64,000 nucleotides of DNA from Camelus ferus (lineage: Eukaryota): positions 73,036,001-73,100,000 of the forward strand of contig NC_045701.1 in NCBI RefSeq assembly GCF_009834535.1, read 5' to 3'. Under the pieces are notes generated by a model. That model had not been told where the DNA came from. It did not search any database and saw nothing but the letters and a program-made list of their open reading frames with translations. Positions 58,780-64,000 of the stretch are shown here, piece by piece (positions within the stretch are counted from its first letter, which is position 1; each line of letters opens with the position of its first letter). The translations under genes and the position numbers were made by a program.

Positions 58780-59070
58780 GAGGTCTATTAGGAAGTTATA
58801 TTAGCCATCTTGTTGAGAGAGGGAGACTGCTTAGGAAGGAATGGGTACATGAGGTGCTCTGCCAGTTCTTTGGTGCAGGAATGAGGAAGAGGGTAGTCAA
58901 AGATGACCCCAAGGAACCCAAGCCTGGGTGACTGAGAAGGTGGCGAAGTTGCTAACTGAGAAAAGACATTCAGCAGGAAAAGTAGAGTTCAGTCTGGGGG
59001 TGATGGGAAATGGGAGAGGTCAAATGTGGAGGGACATAATCAGTTTGGAGTTTAACATGCTGGAGCGCTT
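58780..59070 (-). mobile_element. L2 LINE fragment
   Basis: gtcaaagatgacccaagg...gcctgggtgactgag...cagtttggagtttaacatgctggag. Confidence 0.6.
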
Positions 59071-59077
59071 CCCATAA

Positions 59078-59259
59078 GGAGAAACCTTCTCCACGTGGTT
59101 GCACATTGAAATCACCTAAGCAGCTTTTTAAAATTAGTGATAATTGAGTCTTAGTACCTGAGACCAATTAAGATTAAATTTCTGGGATTAAGGCTTGGTG
59201 TTATTTTTTTTTTTAATATTCACAGGAAATTCTAATATACAGCCAAAGTTGGAAGCATT
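59078..59259. mobile_element. MER5A-like MITE (first of a tandem pair)
   Basis: ggttgcacattgaaatcacc...gaccaattaagattaaatttctggg...aattctaatatacagccaaagttgg. Confidence 0.75.
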
Positions 59260-59267
59260 ATCTAGAT

Positions 59268-59445
59268 CAGTGTTCTCTCACTGTCCATACAGTAGAATCA
59301 CCTGAAGACCCTCTAACAAATAGTGATGCCTGAGCCCCACTACCAAAAAGTCTATTTAATTGGTCTAGGGTAGAGCCTAGGCAACTGTATTTTTAAAAAG
59401 TCTTCCTGGGAGAATTTAATGTGCAGCTAGAGTTGAGAACCACTG
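59268..59445. mobile_element. MER5A MITE, full length with TIRs and 8-bp TSD
   Basis: TIRs cagtgttctc / gagaaccactg; TSD ATCTAGAT (59260-59267) / ACCTAGAT (59446-59453), fitting the Charlie NTCTAGAN target. Confidence 0.9.
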
Positions 59446-60829
59446 ACCTAGATAGTTAATTTTCACTGTGACTAATCAATGTTTTCAGGTTGCAAGCCAT
59501 GGCAGAGGGGCACTATGACAGAGTCTCCTTAAGCTCTGGGCAAGTTCGGAATTAGCATGAAATTGCCGAGTGCCAGTCAGGGCATGGGGACAGGAGCAGT
59601 CGGAAGACAGGAACAGAAACTTTGAGGACCCAACCTGGGTCAACACCTGGCACTTGAAGCACAACTGCGTCTCAGGGTTAATCCTGCTTCAAGGAGAGAT
59701 GTTGGGGAAATCTCCCTGAAAAGGTCCAGAATATAAAATGTCGTGATGTCATCTGACTCTCCTGTCCTTCAGTTCAAATTCAGTTTGCTCTGTAGTAGTG
59801 CTCAGACAATGCTACTTCCATCATTTTTCTTCTCTTTTCTTTTTTTTGAGGAGAGGAATTCACAATGTCTTAGATCTCAGTATGTGAGTGTTTTCTTTGA
59901 TTGCATACTAAATCTGCCTCTTCCTTGAGTTCATCCCCATCAGTCTGAACTTTGACCTTGTCACATCTTAGATAATTCCCAGACCTTCTTGTTAGTAATG
60001 TCTTATAAATATTTGTAGACCAATTATCTGTCTATAGGCAGTCACTGAGTCAACAACAGATAATTTAGAATTTTTTTTTCTCATGTTCGTGTATCATTCT
60101 TGGCAGAGCTTTAATCATTTGGGTTTTTGGCTGCTTCTCTGACTTTAGTCTATTTTTGGCCTCCATAAGCCTCATCTATTTGGGGGAAATACTTAATTGC
60201 ATAATAACAAAGTGGACTCTTGTTAAGTTTTCTGCTGACAATGGCCGGGTCCAGGTTCCTCAAAGACAGCATCAGAATCCCCTCGGGGTGAGGGAAGGCT
60301 TGTGAAAAGGCCACCAGATCTCCGAATATGGGACTTAGGCATCTGTACTTCTCACATGTTTTGGGGTGATTCTTATATACGCAGTTATAGGAACATCACT
60401 GTGGTTATTACCTCATATATTATGCTTAGAGGAGAAGAGAGACAAGTGTTTTTGGTTTTGGTTGTTTTGGTTTGTTTTTGTTTTTTTTTTTTTGGTTAGA
60501 GAAGCTTTGCTTCATAAACCTCATTTATAATCAAGACATAAACCCTTACTTAAAGGGTTTCTAAAAATGTTCTACATTAGGAATCACCATTGCACTTCAG
60601 TCTTGACTGTCGGTGGGGTTGGTCAACATATATGGATTTTATTGTGTATGACGGATACACCTAGGGTACAAGTAGCAGTAAAAGGAAAAAGAGACAAGAA
60701 TCAGTGTGTATAGGAGATAAATAGTGGGGCAGATGAGAAGAGAGAAGTGGAGATGGTGAGGAAATAAAGAAGAAGTATATGTGTAAGAATGGTAGAGTGT
60801 CATCTCTGGCAATGTCCAGTACCATAATT

Positions 60830-61040
60830 TTCTACATTTTGAAGTACGTGACAGTATTCCGAATCCATCTACATGTGGTCCTCACAACTGTCTTAGGGTG
60901 ACTAGACTAGGCAGATATTAACCTTCCCATTTCACAGATGGACAAAGAGACTCCTGGCAGCAACTCACTCAAGGTCAGATAGAAAGTGTCAGAAACAAGA
61001 CTAGAACTAGAACTTAGGATTTAATCCTAAAGCAGGGATT
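60830..61040 (-). mobile_element. MIR SINE
   Basis: gtcctcacaactgtc...attaaccttcccatttcacagatggacaaagag...caaggtcagatag. Confidence 0.7.
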
Positions 61041-61688
61041 TTTCTGTCAATCCTAATCTATACGAGGTCTGTGTAACCTAGACTGGCTGTTCCTTCTGTA
61101 ATGATGAGGCCTCCCCCTGGGTGAGTGTCTCTTTGTAATATGAGGTAAGGTGGCTCTTTGGAGAAGTTCCTGGCCTTGGCATAGGGAGCAGAGTGGAGTG
61201 GGTGTCCTGAAGGTCCTTGGAACACACGTTGACTTCACAAAGGTCAATAAGCTTCCTGAAGGAGCTCATGCTGCAAGTTACAAACAAAACACAACTGGTC
61301 TGTGCTACCTGACTGTCTTCATTCTTCCCTTTCTTCCCTTTCTTTTCTCCTNNNNNNNNNNNNNNNNNNNNNNNNNNNNNNNNNNNNNNNNNNNNNNNNN
61401 NNNNNNNNNNNNNNNNNNNNNNNNNNNNNNNNNNNNNNNNNNNNNNNNNNNNNNNNNNNNNNNNNNNNNNNNNNNNNNNNNNNNNGGTCATGTAGCCCTG
61501 ACTGTCAGCATGATTGGGTTTAATGGAGTCAATAAGATAAATTAAGGTCATGGGATCACCATCTCCACTTCAACTTAGCAGACCTGTTTTTTTTTTTTTT
61601 TCCTTCTTTTTTGGTTTAACCCATTGTGGCTGAAAGCAGGGAGGCCCTGCTTAGAGCCTGCTTTTCCTACTTTCTTCCCACCCCTCCA

Positions 61689-61712
61689 ACACACACACAC
61701 ACACACACACAC
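61689..61712 (+). repeat. (AC)12 microsatellite
   Basis: Perfect AC run of 24 bp. Confidence 0.95.
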
Positions 61713-63479
61713 TCTTTTAAAATTTTCTTATGGAGCAGGCCCTTTTGCTTTAGTCAGAGTTGGTATTGGTTCTCCTAAGGCTGTAATAATAACTAACCTG
61801 GGTACCATGTTTATTGCTTATAAGCCTTTTCATTATTTCTCTTGATTTCATTATTTTTCATTAGTATATTTCATTATTTCATTATTTCTCTTGATCATTA
61901 CAACAATGATGTAGATAACTATACCATCCAGGCATGATTATAATAGAAGAAATCCAGGAATACCTCCATAATTCCCTAGGCCAGCCGCCCCTCCCCATGA
62001 ATACTAAGGCAAATACATGCACAGAGGGGATGCAACAGTGCAGAGGAACCACTCCACTCGGGCCCCCCAAGCATGGAGCAGGATTCTGGTGAACTAGGCT
62101 GCACCATATGGAGAACCTGGGCAGACCAGAGAAGCCTAAGAGAAAAGCCAAAGCTACCTTTCTGTTGTGACGACTGCAGTGAGGGGAAGACCCGATCTCT
62201 GCATGCCTGCTGAGAAGTCCCAGAGAAAAGGGAGTGGATGCAAGAGATGGGGCTTAGTCCTTTCAAAGCTAGAATTCTGTAAGTTTGTAGAAAAAGACAC
62301 ATATTAGAAAGAGAAAGCCCCAAATGGCCTTGGAGAGTAAGGCCTTACCTTATTTCTTAAGGTCGGGGAGCGTGGACAAGACCCCTCAGTGCTAGAAACC
62401 CCAGCATCAAGGCCCAGTGGACTAGTTTTTCCTCCACCTTGGGCAGTGCCTGTGGGGTTTGGAGGTCTATGGGTCCTGGAGGGAGGACATGGTAGCCTTG
62501 GAGTCTAGAGCCCAAGCAGTATGTCTAGGGGTACTTTGTGCCAGGAGGAAGTTGAGGATCAGGGAGGTTGTCATTTACTTGACAAAGGTCAATTTTTTAG
62601 TGAATGGAGGAGCCGGGATTGGAATTCTTGAATTTGGGCTACAAGCCCTAGTGATTTTTCCACTGCATTCTCCAGCCTCTACCAAGCACCATCTCATTCA
62701 TATGTGGAGAATCAATTCTGCTCTCCTGGGCTTCCTCTGACAAGAGCATTATCATTAGAACATGAAAAAGAACCCCCCAAATATATTCTACTTAGTGTTT
62801 GCCCGAGGAAGACATCAATGTCCCTGGGGTTGTCTGGCTCCTGGTTTAGGAAGCCTCTGGTTACGAATGGAGGTAGTTCTGCTAGATGGGGCTTAGATCA
62901 CATTTCATCTTACTGTTCCTCCTTGAACGCCCAGAAGATCCCAATGCCCATGCTGTCCCCTAAAAGAGGGGTTGGGGTTTATTTTGGGAAAGGGACCTAT
63001 TTTTAAGCTAAAGGACAGGGGTTCTGGTGCTGTGCTGGCTTATTTCCATTCTGCACTCAGCAAAAATCTAATATTCTCTAAACAATAGGTGACTCAGCCT
63101 TTGCTAAATCTTAGGTGAAATGGATTTAGCAAGCAAAAACAGAAAATGTCTTTTCTCCCCCAGTTTTTTCTCCTGTTTGATGATAATTCTTAGTGCTCAG
63201 TGTTTCTTTCATCCAAAGATCTGTAATTAATTAAGCCTCACAGCTCCCCTGACAGGTAGAGAAGTACAAGGATGTTCATTTAAAGCCGATCCTGTTTGAT
63301 ACAGTAGGGCTGTTACTAAGGCTGTTTAAAAGGAAAGCCTCTCTATTGTGAAACTTCTTTTCTAATAGAGTAAATTAAGGGAGAAAGGGATGGAGTGATT
63401 TTGCCTGGGATGCCTGTTCAATTATGGCCACAGAGAGAGCCCTGAGTTTGGAGCGCTGATGCCATCTTGGGTTAGACTA

Positions 63480-64000
63480 GGTGTACAAGCTGTTGTTGCA
63501 CAGCAAATTACCACAAAACATAGTGGCTTTAGACCACAATAAACATTCATTATATCATACAGTTTATGTGGATCAGGAATTCAGGAGTGGCTGAGCTGGG
63601 TGGCTTGGACTCAGGGTTTTATAGGTAGCAGTTAAGACCTCGGCCAGGCCTGTAGTCATCTGAAGGCTTGAGTGGACCTGGAGGACCCACTTCTAAGATG
63701 GCTCAGTTAGATGGGTAATGAGTTGGTGCTGGCTACTGGCAGAAAACCTCAGTTTCTCATCACGTGGACTTTTCTAGAGGGCTGCTTGAGTGGCCTAATG
63801 ACATGGCAGTTGCATGTCCATAGCATGTGATCCAAGGAAGCAAAGGTAGACGTGGTGGTTTTGCTTATTACCTGGCCTTGGGTGTCACACTCCGTCATCT
63901 CCTCAATGTCCTGTTGACTGCACACGTCGGCTCTTCATTGTGGGAGGGGACCACACAAGGGCATGAATACCAGGAAGCAGGAATCACTGGGGGCCTGCTT
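63480..64000 (-). mobile_element. MLT1D/E-like solo LTR, running to the window end
   Basis: caaattaccacaaaacatagtggctt...catctgaaggcttgagt...gggctgcttgagtggcc...gtgggaggggaccacacaagggcatgaataccagg. Confidence 0.85.

Noticed and set aside
1-64000. Host protein-coding gene, CRISPR array or prokaryotic system
   Set aside because: The sequence is CpG-depleted, repeat-rich mammalian DNA. No ORF outside L1 resembles a known protein, and there is no regularly spaced repeat-spacer array.

Overview
Eutherian nuclear DNA, most likely a camelid (alpaca/llama/camel), inferred from a tRNA-Ala-type SINE and the L1 3' ends. I see no host protein-coding exon, RNA gene or CRISPR array, so this reads as intergenic or deep-intronic sequence. 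It is densely filled with ancient repeats (MIR, L2, MLT1/MLT2 and ERVL solo LTRs, MER3/MER5). Younger insertions are a 3.3-kb 5'-truncated L1 with a perfect 15-bp TSD, shorter L1 3' ends and one SINE with a perfect 15-bp TSD. The only recognisable protein sequence is disrupted L1 ORF2. The N runs appear to be length-preserving masks rather than gaps. Most notable unexplained structure: a ~345-bp non-repeat segment present twice 3.1 kb apart (47682-48026 and 50782-51131), each copy carrying an 83-nt exon-like cassette and ETS/GC-box motifs. Also notable: a degenerate (CCCTAA)n array split by an MLT2 LTR, and two MIR-in-MIR antisense insertions at the same host site. I could not establish a new biological system; the duplication is the best lead. 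Repeat subfamily names come from recalled consensus sequences, and boundaries of old repeats are approximate.
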